Shown here piece after piece: positions 9,417-19,436 of a DNA stretch of 64,000 nt (its first letter is position 1; every line of letters starts with the position of its first letter). The translations under genes were made by a program, and so were the position numbers. Below the pieces are notes generated by a model. It was not told the DNA's origin, made no database searches, and was given only the letters and a program-made list of their open reading frames with translations. Origin of the DNA: a virus (taxonomy: Duplodnaviria > Caudoviricetes); IMG/VR virus record IMGVR_UViG_3300037067_012588. One strand, given 5' to 3'.

Positions 9417-9815
9417 TTAAATCAAACCCTTCTCAATCAGCATCTTCCGAACGGCAACCCAGTCTACATGGTCGCCATTCATCGGAACGCCAAAAGACTT
9501 GTCATCGATATAGATATCAGCCCCAATCTTGCGGCAATCGTTCGACCAACGCTCAATCAGAAACGGGTCGTTCTCGTTGAACGCATGAAACAAATTTTCG
9601 ATACCAAGAAAAGCCAAATGCGATTTTGCAGCATCAAGGTTTTCATCTGTGCGACATGTCCACAACAAGAGAGTATGCCCGTTTGCATGAAGCTCCTTGA
9701 TTGTCTCAATTGCAAAATCAACTTCGCCAAGAATGTCGTAAGGAACGGCCGTCTTGACAATCGTATTGTCGAAGTCAATGGCAATATGAAGTTTTCCTGC
9801 CTGATTCATGGTCAC
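9417..9815 (-). CDS. HAD-superfamily phosphatase (BT0820-like)
   Basis: IAIDFDNTI, LWTCR, KIGADIYIDD. Confidence 0.85.
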   Translation of the reverse strand: MTMNQAGKLHIAIDFDNTIVKTAVPYDILGEVDFAIETIKELHANGHTLLLWTCRTDENLDAAKSHLAFLGIENLFHAFNENDPFLIERWSNDCRKIGADIYIDDKSFGVPMNGDHVDWVAVRKMLIEKGLI

Positions 9816-10207
9816 TTATTCCCGTCTTCAAGGAACGAAACTGCCCGACGAAGCATGGCGAGCAAAATACCGCCATTAACCTTGGACTCCGAAACCGTTG
9901 TCTCGACAATCATATCACCAACATTCCCACCAACCTCAACAGGAACAGTGACAGACTGAATACTTCCAACAAGACCATTCGTAAGCTCTTCATTGGCAGA
10001 GATGGTCACTTTCAATGGTTCGAAAAAATCAGCAGGCAGCGGGATGTTAATACGGACAACACGGGAATCCACGTCAATTTCGTCTTCATCGTCTTCCGCA
10101 ATGAAACAATACCCAGTTTCCCTTGAACCTTTCTTAAGAACAAGGTCAACACAAGCATAATTTGGGTTGCCACCGTCGCCTGTAATCTGGTTGACAAAAT
10201 CACTCAT
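9812..10207 (-). CDS. hypothetical protein
   Basis: ORF with ATGA overlaps. Confidence 0.65.
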   Translation of the reverse strand: MSDFVNQITGDGGNPNYACVDLVLKKGSRETGYCFIAEDDEDEIDVDSRVVRINIPLPADFFEPLKVTISANEELTNGLVGSIQSVTVPVEVGGNVGDMIVETTVSESKVNGGILLAMLRRAVSFLEDGNK

Positions 10208-10407
10208 ATCTTTTTCCCTTCGTTTTCAAAAATCTCGGCAAGCTCTTTGAGAACACGAGCGTTCTCAGCTTCTTCGAGAGAACTCACAAGCGGAACAACA
10301 AACGAATGATATTTCGCATCATCGCACGATTCTACGTCCTTGATAAATTGTTCACGGACTCGCTTTCGTTCCTTCTTCAGCCGCTTTCTCAAGTGATTAC
10401 TCATCAC
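10204..10407 (-). CDS. hypothetical protein
   Basis: ORF with ATGA overlaps. Confidence 0.55.
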   Translation of the reverse strand: MMSNHLRKRLKKERKRVREQFIKDVESCDDAKYHSFVVPLVSSLEEAENARVLKELAEIFENEGKKI

Positions 10408-12314
10408 GCCTCCGACCTCGTTCCGACATCAAGCTTTCCTGCGTGAAAATCTTCAGCAGCCAATAACAACGGAGCCCATTGGAGATATTCGCAGCGTGTC
10501 CGAGGGTCATCGAAAAACTGATGATAGTCACCCAGCGTATACGCCTCGACATTCAACAATACCCCAACAGGAACGCTCACAGACTCCTTGATGGGTTCCT
10601 GATGGTATCTCGAATACCGCTTGTTTTCACGCTCCCATTTGAAGCAGCACTTCTTTCCGACCATCTTCGTCACGTTGGCAATCACGCCCGGACCAGAATC
10701 ATTATACGGACGAAAACGAATATATCTGAACTTTTGTTTGATGCGCCAGTCTCTTTTCTGTCGCTCATTCTCTTCGCTCGCCTTCAAGCGAAGCCAATAG
10801 TCCTCCTGCCCAACAACCAAGGTTCCCGTCTTGATAGAAGCGTTCAACCTTGCACGATACGCCTCAAAATCAGGCTTCTCGCCACTCGTCAGGACAAGAG
10901 CAGCATCACGAACAAGCTCCACCGATTCTTCAAAGCTCGCCCTGTCCCACACCTTGACAGGCAAGTGCGGATGAAACACGGGGCTTCTGTCGAACAAACC
11001 CTGCAGGACAAGAGCGATACGATTATACTCCTTTGCCTGTCTTTCGATTTGAGCAACGCCCTCATCGTAATTGAGAGACTTGCTATCGAAAGACTCCCAC
11101 TCACGATAGTCAAACGAACCTGAAACATTCCAATAAAATGGACTGCCTTCTCGACAATACATCATCATTCGTTTTTCAGGGTGCGCTTTATCCCAAGCCT
11201 TCGAAAGACGTTTGAACTTTACAACCTCTGCCTTCTTGTCAAGGTATTCACGCTCAGTCATGAACTTGATATCGTTCAACCACCTTGAGCAAAACCAAAG
11301 CTTCTCGCCAGCCATCAATTCCTTTTCGTCAGGAAAAAGCTTTTCACCGAAATCCATACCCGTGTCCATACGATACAGATTTTCGCCATTGCGCAGATAC
11401 ATGAACGTTCTTTTGTTCGACTCCTCAATCCTGATACGAATCATGCACTCAGTCTCTTCTTGGCTGAAGAGGGAAGAATCTTTCCTGCGAACCCGAAACG
11501 CAACAAGACACTTCTGGAACGGAAGAATCCGCTCCATGTTCGACTTCTTCGCAATCCATGAATCGAACTCGTGGATATCGCTGAAATCCATGCCGCCATG
11601 AAGATAGTCAGCAAGGCACTCCTCATCCATATAGCAGCGTCTCTGCATAACATGCAGCTTCTCATCGATAGCAGCAGGAACTCCCTCACGAATCTGCTCG
11701 ACTTGTTCCGTCAAGCCAGCGTACAGCTCAATGTGGAAAATCCGCTCCTTGATAACCTCGACGCTTCCCTCCATCTGCTTGGCAAACGCCTGAAGGGGAA
11801 GAAGCTCTGCATTCATCCATGTTGAGAGTTTTTCATTGAGCTTTTTGACCTCGCTGAAAAGCTCAGGAAGCTTTTTGTCCTTGGCTTCGTTGAGGGCAAC
11901 TTCGTATTGCTTGAGGTCAGCACCATGCGCCCTCATAGGCAAAAGCGAATCGCCAACGCTGGACAACTCGGTTTGCTTTTGCAAGCCAAGCTGCCTAGTG
12001 AGATTTGTAATCTCTTGAAGTTTTTCACGGACGAGGATTTGGGTTTTCGCTATTTGCTCTTCGATGTACGGCTTCGGGTCTTCGACCTTCGTGCAATACG
12101 AATCGAACTCGTCAAGGTGAATACGATATTTGTATTCCTCAACCGTATCCACCTCAACAAAATTGGTTCCAACATGGACGATACACCCAAGCATCCTTTT
12201 CGGCTCAGGTGTATCATCTTCTTTATTTGTATACCAATACCATTGCCCGACTTCGATGAACTCTTCGGGAACATATTCGGTTTCGGTCTTGGCGATGTCA
12301 GGTAGACGATTCAT
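10404..12314 (-). CDS. large hypothetical protein with N-terminal coiled coil
   Basis: 636-aa ORF; no recognised motif. Confidence 0.8.
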   Translation of the reverse strand: MNRLPDIAKTETEYVPEEFIEVGQWYWYTNKEDDTPEPKRMLGCIVHVGTNFVEVDTVEEYKYRIHLDEFDSYCTKVEDPKPYIEEQIAKTQILVREKLQEITNLTRQLGLQKQTELSSVGDSLLPMRAHGADLKQYEVALNEAKDKKLPELFSEVKKLNEKLSTWMNAELLPLQAFAKQMEGSVEVIKERIFHIELYAGLTEQVEQIREGVPAAIDEKLHVMQRRCYMDEECLADYLHGGMDFSDIHEFDSWIAKKSNMERILPFQKCLVAFRVRRKDSSLFSQEETECMIRIRIEESNKRTFMYLRNGENLYRMDTGMDFGEKLFPDEKELMAGEKLWFCSRWLNDIKFMTEREYLDKKAEVVKFKRLSKAWDKAHPEKRMMMYCREGSPFYWNVSGSFDYREWESFDSKSLNYDEGVAQIERQAKEYNRIALVLQGLFDRSPVFHPHLPVKVWDRASFEESVELVRDAALVLTSGEKPDFEAYRARLNASIKTGTLVVGQEDYWLRLKASEENERQKRDWRIKQKFRYIRFRPYNDSGPGVIANVTKMVGKKCCFKWERENKRYSRYHQEPIKESVSVPVGVLLNVEAYTLGDYHQFFDDPRTRCEYLQWAPLLLAAEDFHAGKLDVGTRSEA

Positions 12315-12352
12315 GGTCTTTCCTATCTAATGATGTGATTGACAGCGGCGTC

Positions 12353-12685
12353 TCACCTCGTCAATTGTTCATGAATGGCGTTGCTCTCTTGAATGCTCTT
12401 GTCTATTGCCCTGATCGCCGCCTTGACCGTATTGAACCTCCGCTCGCCGTAGAACCAGTCGAACACACCCATCGACCCCTTGGTCGTCACGCAATATTGC
12501 TTGGTGAAGACATTCGCCGTGTAGTGCGTCCGTTCAATGGGGTCCCACAGCTCCCTTTCCTTTTCAGCCGTCTCAATGATAAACACTTGTGTACTTCCGT
12601 CTGGGTAGGTATAGACGTATTTTTCAGACTTGTATGCCAACCCGTGCTTCTTGTGGAAATCGAAAATCATTTCGGTCAGGGTCAT
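12353..12685 (-). CDS. hypothetical protein
   Basis: ORF downstream of a GGACGATG motif. Confidence 0.65.
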   Translation of the reverse strand: MTLTEMIFDFHKKHGLAYKSEKYVYTYPDGSTQVFIIETAEKERELWDPIERTHYTANVFTKQYCVTTKGSMGVFDWFYGERRFNTVKAAIRAIDKSIQESNAIHEQLTR

Positions 12686-12740
12686 GTTAGGTCCTTTTCT
12701 CTTGTCGGTGTCAGGTAGACTTCCTTTTACTCTACCTATT

Positions 12741-12748
12741 CATCGTCC
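12741..12748 (-). promoter_or_regulatory. GGACGATG upstream motif
   Basis: Intergenic, about 56 nt upstream of the start at 12685. Confidence 0.55.
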
Positions 12749-12768
12749 GAGGTTGAGATTTTTGACAA

Positions 12769-12987
12769 TTATTCTGAATTTGACTCAATCATCGTAATCT
12801 CAACAGCGTAAGGACACTCTGGATACCGATACCCTTTTTGTTCACCTGTTGGACTCCTAAAGATGCAGTTGCCATCCTCTATCCGCTTCTGTTGAGCTTC
12901 ACGGATAATCGCACAAAGTGAACCATGAACTGGTTTTTCACTCATTGTCGAATCAGCACACCTCGAACAAAGAGACACCCTATCCAT
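12769..12987 (-). CDS. Cys-rich family small protein
   Basis: LCSRC ... PECPYAVEIT. Confidence 0.65.
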   Translation of the reverse strand: MDRVSLCSRCADSTMSEKPVHGSLCAIIREAQQKRIEDGNCIFRSPTGEQKGYRYPECPYAVEITMIESNSE

Positions 12988-13800
12988 TCTTCCTCATCTT
13001 CGGCTTGATGTATTCCTTGTGAAAACGCAAAGCCACATCCGCAATATCCTTCGTCAAGAACGTCATCGCCTTATCCTTGAGCTCTTGAGGAACACCACCA
13101 TAATACGCCTCGGCAATCGAACCCGCAATCGCCGCTTGCGTGTCCGTATCCCCGCCAAGAGAAATGGCAGTACGAACCGTGTCCTCATACGAAACAGACT
13201 CAAGAAAAGCAATAATGGCTTCAGGAACGGAACCTGCACAGGACGAGTCAAATTGATACCCCGGACGGATATCTTTGATCTCTCGATTGAGATTGTATTC
13301 GAACGTCTTCTCGACAAAGCTCTTGATTTCGAGCTTGTCGGCTCCTTGCCGTGCCAACAGAATCGCAGCCGCCGTCGCTTGCGCACCCTTTACGCCTTCA
13401 GGGTGATTGTGGGTCACAGACGCCGTTTCCCTTGCAGCCTTGAGAACGCCCTCCATGTCGTCATGAAACCACGCCACGGGGCTTACACGCATCGCTGAGC
13501 CATTCCCAAACGAACCATACGGCTGCGGGTCTTTCTCAGCCATCCAATCCCTGAACCGACCACCAAACCCACGATTCGGATAACGCTTGGCATATTTCAG
13601 GATTTGTCCCTTGAAGTCGCCATCCGACATAAGAGCATCAGCGACGGCAACGGTCAGCACCGTGTCATCGGTAAAGCCGACCTCTTTCCCTTGCGGGTGT
13701 TTGCAAAGAAATCGAACTCCTTGCTCTTCATGTGAAACGGCGATTTACGCCCACGCTCAAACGTCGAGCCGACAATGTCACCAATGATAACGCCAAACAT
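12980..13800 (-). CDS. ADP-ribosylglycohydrolase (ARH/DraG family), split by a -1 frameshift near 13684-13690
   Basis: N-terminal MFGVIIGDIVGSTFE (start 13800) is in a different frame from FTDDTVLTVA...GNGSAMRVSP...THNHPEG...GGDTDT. Confidence 0.85.
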
Positions 13801-13813
13801 CAAACCTCTCCTC

Positions 13814-14674
13814 TCAACTCACAATTCGAGCCCTTGAACCCAATGCTTGCTTGAAAACACCAAGACTATTCAAAAACCCAAGCGTCCTCCAATATGAATC
13901 AAGGACAGACGGGAACGTATACGAAACCGCATTCCGAAGAGCCTCATAAAACAGAATATCACGAACCATCTTCGACTCACGCATGTTTTTTGCGCAAGCC
14001 TTTTCAATCAGAGGACGACCAACATCCAAAAACAACATCTCGAACTCATAACTCCGAACGCAATGCTCAGGGTTTATTTCTTCGTAATCCTCCCACCATC
14101 CATTGCTCGGATTTCCAATGAACGAACAATAAATGCCGCCGAACATGTCGATGAAGTCAGATGTCGTCTTGATTTTGTCAAACACGGAGTAAGCCAGTTT
14201 GAAGTCCAAATCACCACGGTGTTTGGCAACATCCTCTTCCGTCATACAGACAACACGGAGAATCGTGTCCAGCTCCAAATCTTTGAATTGAGCCGTGAAC
14301 GGAACAACTTCTTCTTTCAACTCGTCAAAACATGAACGCTCAAGGTCTGTCTTCACGTTCTTCTTTTTCCACTTCTCCTTAAGGTCAGAGTAGAGGTCAG
14401 AATAGTCATTGATAGCCTCTTTTGACTTTGACAAGATCAAAGAAATTCTCTTTGAATCCTCGCCACGGGGATACACGATTTTCTTCCTCGAATTCAGAAG
14501 CCTGACATCAATCGAAGAACTCAGAGGCTCTTTCGAAGTATCCAAAATATGCTCTTCAGAAGAAGCAAGCTGCTTGGAAACCAAATTTGGAAGAGTGTTC
14601 TTTGACTTTGCCTTCGCACGGAACGTCTTCCTCACAACCTTCGTTGCCATTTTCAATCCTCTCATTTCATCCAT
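13814..14674 (-). CDS. hypothetical protein
   Basis: 286-aa ORF. Confidence 0.7.
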   Translation of the reverse strand: MDEMRGLKMATKVVRKTFRAKAKSKNTLPNLVSKQLASSEEHILDTSKEPLSSSIDVRLLNSRKKIVYPRGEDSKRISLILSKSKEAINDYSDLYSDLKEKWKKKNVKTDLERSCFDELKEEVVPFTAQFKDLELDTILRVVCMTEEDVAKHRGDLDFKLAYSVFDKIKTTSDFIDMFGGIYCSFIGNPSNGWWEDYEEINPEHCVRSYEFEMLFLDVGRPLIEKACAKNMRESKMVRDILFYEALRNAVSYTFPSVLDSYWRTLGFLNSLGVFKQALGSRARIVS

Positions 14675-15132
14675 TTCAAAATAGGAATACCAGCCTCACC
14701 CAACATCGAAATCGAAATATCCATGTCCTCTTTCCACCTCTGCATACGTTCTGGATCAAACCATGGATTATCAGGGCTGTAATCTATCACAACCTTTGAT
14801 ATGCCTGCACCAATGATTCCACGAGCACAATCTGTACAAGGATACCACGGCACATATAACGTACAACCCTTCAACGAAACTCCCATACGAGCTGCATTAT
14901 AAATAGCATTGCGCTCTGCATGTTCGACAAACTTATATTTCAGCGGACGAACCAAACGCTCAGAAACATCATCATTGATACCACGAGGGAAACTATTGTA
15001 TCCAGTCGAACGAATCTCATTGTCTGGACCAACAATAACACACCCGACCTTAGTATCAGGGTCTTTCGATTTCGATGCGATAATTGGAAGCATCGACATG
15101 AAATAGCTTGCCCAAGATATTTTCTCAGTCAC
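14662..15132 (-). CDS. dCMP deaminase
   Basis: SKDPDTKVG, GYNSFPRG, HAERNA, PCTDC. Confidence 0.92.
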   Translation of the reverse strand: MTEKISWASYFMSMLPIIASKSKDPDTKVGCVIVGPDNEIRSTGYNSFPRGINDDVSERLVRPLKYKFVEHAERNAIYNAARMGVSLKGCTLYVPWYPCTDCARGIIGAGISKVVIDYSPDNPWFDPERMQRWKEDMDISISMLGEAGIPILKWMK

Positions 15133-15464
15133 TTGTTTTTCCTCGCTTTGTATTCTGCCATAATACGATCATATTCAGCACGCAGTTTTTCATCAAATCC
15201 ATCCGTCTTTGCTTCTTCGGGAGGAATATTCGAATTGAGAAGTGTCCATTGAATACTTGCAATATACTTCGTGTGCATATCAAAACCATGACAAGTAGTT
15301 GCTGGCAGAGCCGCACACTCTTCCTGAGTATTCCTGCATTCAATGGTGCAATAATCAATTCCCTCTTTGTTGTTGTTGTGGTATATCACCCAAGGCAAAG
15401 CCCCGCACCATTTGCATGGCACGAGGTCGCCTGTCGATTGCTTCTCTTCTTTTTCTCCAAACAT
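15129..15464 (-). CDS. hypothetical protein with CxxC
   Basis: PCKWCG; GAGGAG RBS. Confidence 0.6.
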   Translation of the reverse strand: MFGEKEEKQSTGDLVPCKWCGALPWVIYHNNNKEGIDYCTIECRNTQEECAALPATTCHGFDMHTKYIASIQWTLLNSNIPPEEAKTDGFDEKLRAEYDRIMAEYKARKNK

Positions 15465-15479
15465 GCGGACTCCTCACTT

Positions 15480-15512
15480 TTTGTTTCAATATACCAGTGG
15501 ACTTTCATCCAC
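15480..15512 (-). promoter_or_regulatory. conserved palindrome plus extended -10-like element (copy 1)
   Basis: GTGGAT-GAAA-GTCCAC-TGGTATATTGAAACAAA; near-identical copy at 48731-48762. Confidence 0.5.
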
Positions 15513-15528
15513 TGGAACAGTACAGCCC

Positions 15529-16110
15529 TCACTTCTTGAATGTTTTTGCCAATCCTGACTTCAACAACTCCTCTCCAAGATTATACGCCTTATCCCCATC
15601 AATCCATAAAACATATCCAAGAGAACGACCAAAAGAATCGTTCTTTCCACTTGAAGCAAAATAGAGGACGTTCTTCTGAGTGGCAGCCAAAGTGAATTCC
15701 TTCGCCTTTTTTGCGTTTGTGATCTCAATAGACTTCTCGGCATCCGTACCTTCATGGGGATGCAGCTCAGGGGTATCTACCCCAAGCAAGCGAATACGCT
15801 TTGTGATGGTAATGTCATTCCAAACCTCAATCTCTATGTCCATCGTATCACCATCAACAACACCTATCAGGTTTACAGGATAGACAGAGACCCCAGACGC
15901 CTTGAACAGCTTCAGGCGACTCGTGGCGTTCTCGATTTGATCTTTGGCGATGTTGCCATTGAGCTCGGCAATATATTCCCTATCCTTGGAGATTTTCTCG
16001 AAGGCATCGTTCGACCGAGAATCATAATACATGCCAGAAACAAAACCAAAAACAGCAACAGCAAAAAGAGCCACAACGTTACGCATCATATTTCTCCTTG
16101 TATGGTACAA
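15529..16110 (-). CDS. thermonuclease (SNase-like) with N-terminal membrane anchor
   Basis: VVDGDT, RIRLLGVDTPE, DSFGRSLG, LLKSGLA. Confidence 0.9.
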   Translation of the reverse strand: MYHTRRNMMRNVVALFAVAVFGFVSGMYYDSRSNDAFEKISKDREYIAELNGNIAKDQIENATSRLKLFKASGVSVYPVNLIGVVDGDTMDIEIEVWNDITITKRIRLLGVDTPELHPHEGTDAEKSIEITNAKKAKEFTLAATQKNVLYFASSGKNDSFGRSLGYVLWIDGDKAYNLGEELLKSGLAKTFKK

Positions 16111-16175
16111 TAAAAAAATCCACTTCTAGAAATTGGCTTTAACCAATCGAACCCAGTAGAAGTGGCAAGAACTGG
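16111..16175 (-). terminator. stem-loop followed by a U-tract
   Basis: CCACTTCTA...TAGAAGTGG then TTTTTTT on the minus strand. Confidence 0.5.
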
Positions 16176-16290
16176 AACCCATTTACAGAACTTATTTAAC
16201 GTCGGATACCAAGGAAGGCTCGGGCGAACTCTTGGCCCCTGACCGACAAACACGTTTTACACAGAAACACTCCTTCGTCAAGGGAATATC

Positions 16291-16647
16291 TTAGCGCAAA
16301 CAGGCATCGTATTCCAACGAAATCATAGCCTCAACCTCTTCACAGATTTCTTTTGTGGCAACGTAATTCTTGGCTCCATCAAGCTTCAATGTCACTGATT
16401 CGTAACTGGAAAACTTCCACCTTCCGCTACGAACAACAATCGTCCCAGCGCCCTGCACAAGCGGAATCTCTTCTTTCGTCACCATGTCCGAATGGTCAAG
16501 ACGAAAGTTTTCTGACATACTTGCGATCCGATAACCGCCACCTATCTTGACAAACTTGATGTCGTCAATGAGGTTGCCACTGTTAATCTCTTCCATCGTA
16601 ATCGGCTTGAACATCGTATTCTCCAAAATCAGATAATGCTCTCGCAT
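16291..16647 (-). CDS. hypothetical protein
   Basis: ORF in the gene train. Confidence 0.6.
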   Translation of the reverse strand: MREHYLILENTMFKPITMEEINSGNLIDDIKFVKIGGGYRIASMSENFRLDHSDMVTKEEIPLVQGAGTIVVRSGRWKFSSYESVTLKLDGAKNYVATKEICEEVEAMISLEYDACLR

Positions 16648-17081
16648 TGCTTGAAAGAAACACCCTCGTATTCGTAACTAGCCCGACTCATGATAATGCA
16701 AACAGCGTAATCGCTCTCCGCCGCCAACGCCTCTTCAACCTCGCTGATAAACTCATTTTGTCGCTGAGTATAACGAACCAAGTTTTCGTATTCCTCCCAC
16801 TCCCCCAACGCTGCCTTCAGAAGAGCTCCACTGAGAAGCTTTTCGGCATCTTCTTTCGACATCTGCGGCTTTCGAATATCTTCTATCTTCTGTGGCTCCT
16901 TTTCCCACCACACGCCATGCCGCTCACGGAGAAGCTTCCGACAAGCGCAGCCAGCCTCGGCAATTGTATTTGCGAGGAAATACCTGTCGCCGTGTTTTTC
17001 ATGGACAACCATAATCGTTCCCGGAGAGAAAGTCCTCTCGGCACGCTTGATCGATTGGGCAATCCACTCTTCCCTTGACAT
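16629..17081 (-). CDS. hypothetical protein
   Basis: ORF in the gene train. Confidence 0.65.
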   Translation of the reverse strand: MSREEWIAQSIKRAERTFSPGTIMVVHEKHGDRYFLANTIAEAGCACRKLLRERHGVWWEKEPQKIEDIRKPQMSKEDAEKLLSGALLKAALGEWEEYENLVRYTQRQNEFISEVEEALAAESDYAVCIIMSRASYEYEGVSFKQCESII

Positions 17082-17083
17082 GG

Positions 17084-17404
17084 TTAATCCCTTCCAAGAT
17101 ACAGATTGAGATTCGAAACCAACTTCTCGACAACATCTGGGTCAAGGAAAATCTTGTTGGTCTCCTTAATCCCATTGTCGGTATAGACAACCACAACTCC
17201 GTCTTCAATCTTCACATAGACACTGTCACCAAGGTAGACTTTTTCAAACTCGACCTCCTGACAGTTCTTCGTGTGCCACCACATATCCAATGTCTTTACA
17301 CCACCATCCTCGAAAGGAAAGTCACCACGAACCATGACCTCAAGTCCTTTCGACTGAACGACATCGTACCACTTGTCGCCCCGCCTGACACGCTTTATCG
17401 CCAT
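17084..17404 (-). CDS. hypothetical protein
   Basis: MAIKRVRRG after GAGGAG RBS. Confidence 0.6.
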   Translation of the reverse strand: MAIKRVRRGDKWYDVVQSKGLEVMVRGDFPFEDGGVKTLDMWWHTKNCQEVEFEKVYLGDSVYVKIEDGVVVVYTDNGIKETNKIFLDPDVVEKLVSNLNLYLGRD

Positions 17405-17598
17405 GATTTTACTCCTCAGCATCAACCCTGAACACAGAAAGATTGTCTTTGTCTGGGCTGCCATCGACATACGCATTTGCCTTGCAATATGCCTCAAACC
17501 CCTCTCCAGTACCAACAAACACCTTTACCGGAACAGAGTCTCCATTGTTTTTCCTTTTCCTGACCACAACATATACAACACTTGGAACAGCCATGACC

Positions 17599-17898
17599 CT
17601 AACCCTTTCCGATAAACTTCCCGAGGTCAATGCTTGTTTGTTCACTTTCACACTCACCGTCCTTATAAACGGGAGCAATCTCCACCGTCATCCGAATGTC
17701 GCTTCCGCATTCGGCATAGCCCGTCCAGTGGTCTTCGGTAGTGATTTCTGCGTTGTACTTTTCAAGAAGAGCATGAAGGTCAGCAAGGAACGCTTGCTTG
17801 ATTTCATCCTTCGTAACCATTCTTGGCGTTATGCCAAGAACAGCCTTGTCTGTATCATTGAGGATTTTTTGACGAAGAATATCCAAAACAGACATCAC
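17599..17898 (-). CDS. hypothetical protein
   Basis: ORF in the gene train. Confidence 0.6.
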   Translation of the reverse strand: MMSVLDILRQKILNDTDKAVLGITPRMVTKDEIKQAFLADLHALLEKYNAEITTEDHWTGYAECGSDIRMTVEIAPVYKDGECESEQTSIDLGKFIGKG

Positions 17899-18089
17899 TC
17901 ACCTCCTCTTGACGAAAATGTCGTCGTCACACACATCGACACGATATAGGTTTTCCCGCAGCTATGGCATTCACACTCCCACTCATCGCTGTCGTTCTTC
18001 GGCTCCAAGCCGTCCCACCAGTCATGGTCCTCTTCGCCGCAGTGCGGACAAACAGGAACATCTGTATTGTCTGTTTCATGTTCGGTCAT
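17895..18089 (-). CDS. zinc-ribbon protein
   Basis: CPHCG ... CHSCG. Confidence 0.65.
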   Translation of the reverse strand: MTEHETDNTDVPVCPHCGEEDHDWWDGLEPKNDSDEWECECHSCGKTYIVSMCVTTTFSSRGGE

Positions 18090-18364
18090 TTTTCAGCTCC
18101 GCTTCTGGACAACTTCCGCCCACACATGGGACAATACGATATCTCAATCTTGTCGCCATGATCCAAGCAATCAGAATCACTCGCCTCAACAAACCGCAAG
18201 AACCCACGGTCAATGAAAACCTCAAACCTGTCCATGTTGTCCTCTGCCTCTTTGAGGTTTATCTTTGTGTCATTACAACCCCATCCCCAAGAGGACGGAG
18301 ATATTCTCTCCATGCCAAAGATGGTCTTGTTGTTCTGGCAGTATTCACAAGGCTTTTCACTCAT
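18086..18364 (-). CDS. small Cys-rich protein
   Basis: CEYC ... YCPMCGRKL. Confidence 0.6.
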   Translation of the reverse strand: MSEKPCEYCQNNKTIFGMERISPSSWGWGCNDTKINLKEAEDNMDRFEVFIDRGFLRFVEASDSDCLDHGDKIEISYCPMCGRKLSRSGAEK

Positions 18365-18368
18365 CACC

Positions 18369-18821
18369 TCAGTGGTTGTCGTTGTCGAGATGGATAACAG
18401 AGTCTGGCGAGAACAGGAACGCATCCAGCATTGTACGGCTATCGAAAATCTCCATATTGTTGGGACACGAAGACTGATGGTCGATATACCCATGACGCTT
18501 TTCAGAATGTTCATTCCAACCAAGTGTCAAAACGTTTGTGAACTCCTTGATGTTTGTGTGTTCCGAAATGCTGTCACGAAACATCTCCATCGCAAACGAT
18601 ATTCCCTGTTTCTCAGACAACATCGCCTGAAGTAGGGCGAAATTGAGACGGCTGTAAACATCATGAATATCGGATGGTCCCCATCCGAACTCACATTCAC
18701 CTTCGCTTCCAAGCTGATAATCGTGTGGATCATCAACCTCAAGACGAACGATAGGCGTCATCCCGATAACGACAAACGACGAGCTACTGCTATTACTTAC
18801 AAAACCATGACGATTCTTCAT
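18369..18821 (-). CDS. phage protein with N-terminal MKxRxGFVSNSSSSSF motif
   Basis: MKNRHGFVSNSSSSSFVV; motif recurs in uncharacterised large-phage proteins. Confidence 0.7.
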   Translation of the reverse strand: MKNRHGFVSNSSSSSFVVIGMTPIVRLEVDDPHDYQLGSEGECEFGWGPSDIHDVYSRLNFALLQAMLSEKQGISFAMEMFRDSISEHTNIKEFTNVLTLGWNEHSEKRHGYIDHQSSCPNNMEIFDSRTMLDAFLFSPDSVIHLDNDNH

Positions 18822-18986
18822 CCTAAGTTCCTTCGAAAAAACGGTTCTTTACCATTTCGGTAATCATTTTACCAAGCTCTTCAGCAATGTCGTTCAGTTC
18901 TTCTTTTGAATATTTCCGACTCCATGTTCCAAACAAAAGAAAGCACCAATTATTTATCAGGAATATTGGAGACTTTTCATCATCTC

Positions 18987-19190
18987 TCATTTGCTGCCCT
19001 TTACCTTGTTCCTGTAATGTGCCCTCAAAGAAAGGTCAGGACAAACGTTGTCAACTTCACGCATGAACTGGATGAAGTCGTTTTTCGGATCAATGCCGTT
19101 CTCTTTGACATACGCCCGATATGCGGCGATAGTCTCTTCCTTGTTTTTGCCAGTACAGGCGAAATTCTTAATCACCGAAAAGACGTCCAT
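18987..19190 (-). CDS. hypothetical protein
   Basis: ORF with AAGGAG RBS. Confidence 0.6.
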   Translation of the reverse strand: MDVFSVIKNFACTGKNKEETIAAYRAYVKENGIDPKNDFIQFMREVDNVCPDLSLRAHYRNKVKGSK

Positions 19191-19229
19191 TGGTCTTACT
19201 CCTTCTCTACCACAGAAAAAAATACCAAC

Positions 19230-19436
19230 TCAGGCAAGAACGCCTTCATTGGTGAGAGCCACAACAAGAGCAATACCCTTGGTGCGAGCACGGGTCTTGG
19301 TGGGGATGCGTTCGCCAAGGGCGAGGCAGCGGGAGAGCTGGAAGCGGTACTTGCTTCCATCGACACACATGCGCCAGCCTCCGTCGATAGCAACAGTGCG
19401 GGGACCTTTGGTGCGTTTGCTGTTGTAGGCCTTCAT
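19230..19436 (-). CDS. small basic hypothetical protein
   Basis: MKAYNSKRTKG after AAGGAG. Confidence 0.6.
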   Translation of the reverse strand: MKAYNSKRTKGPRTVAIDGGWRMCVDGSKYRFQLSRCLALGERIPTKTRARTKGIALVVALTNEGVLA

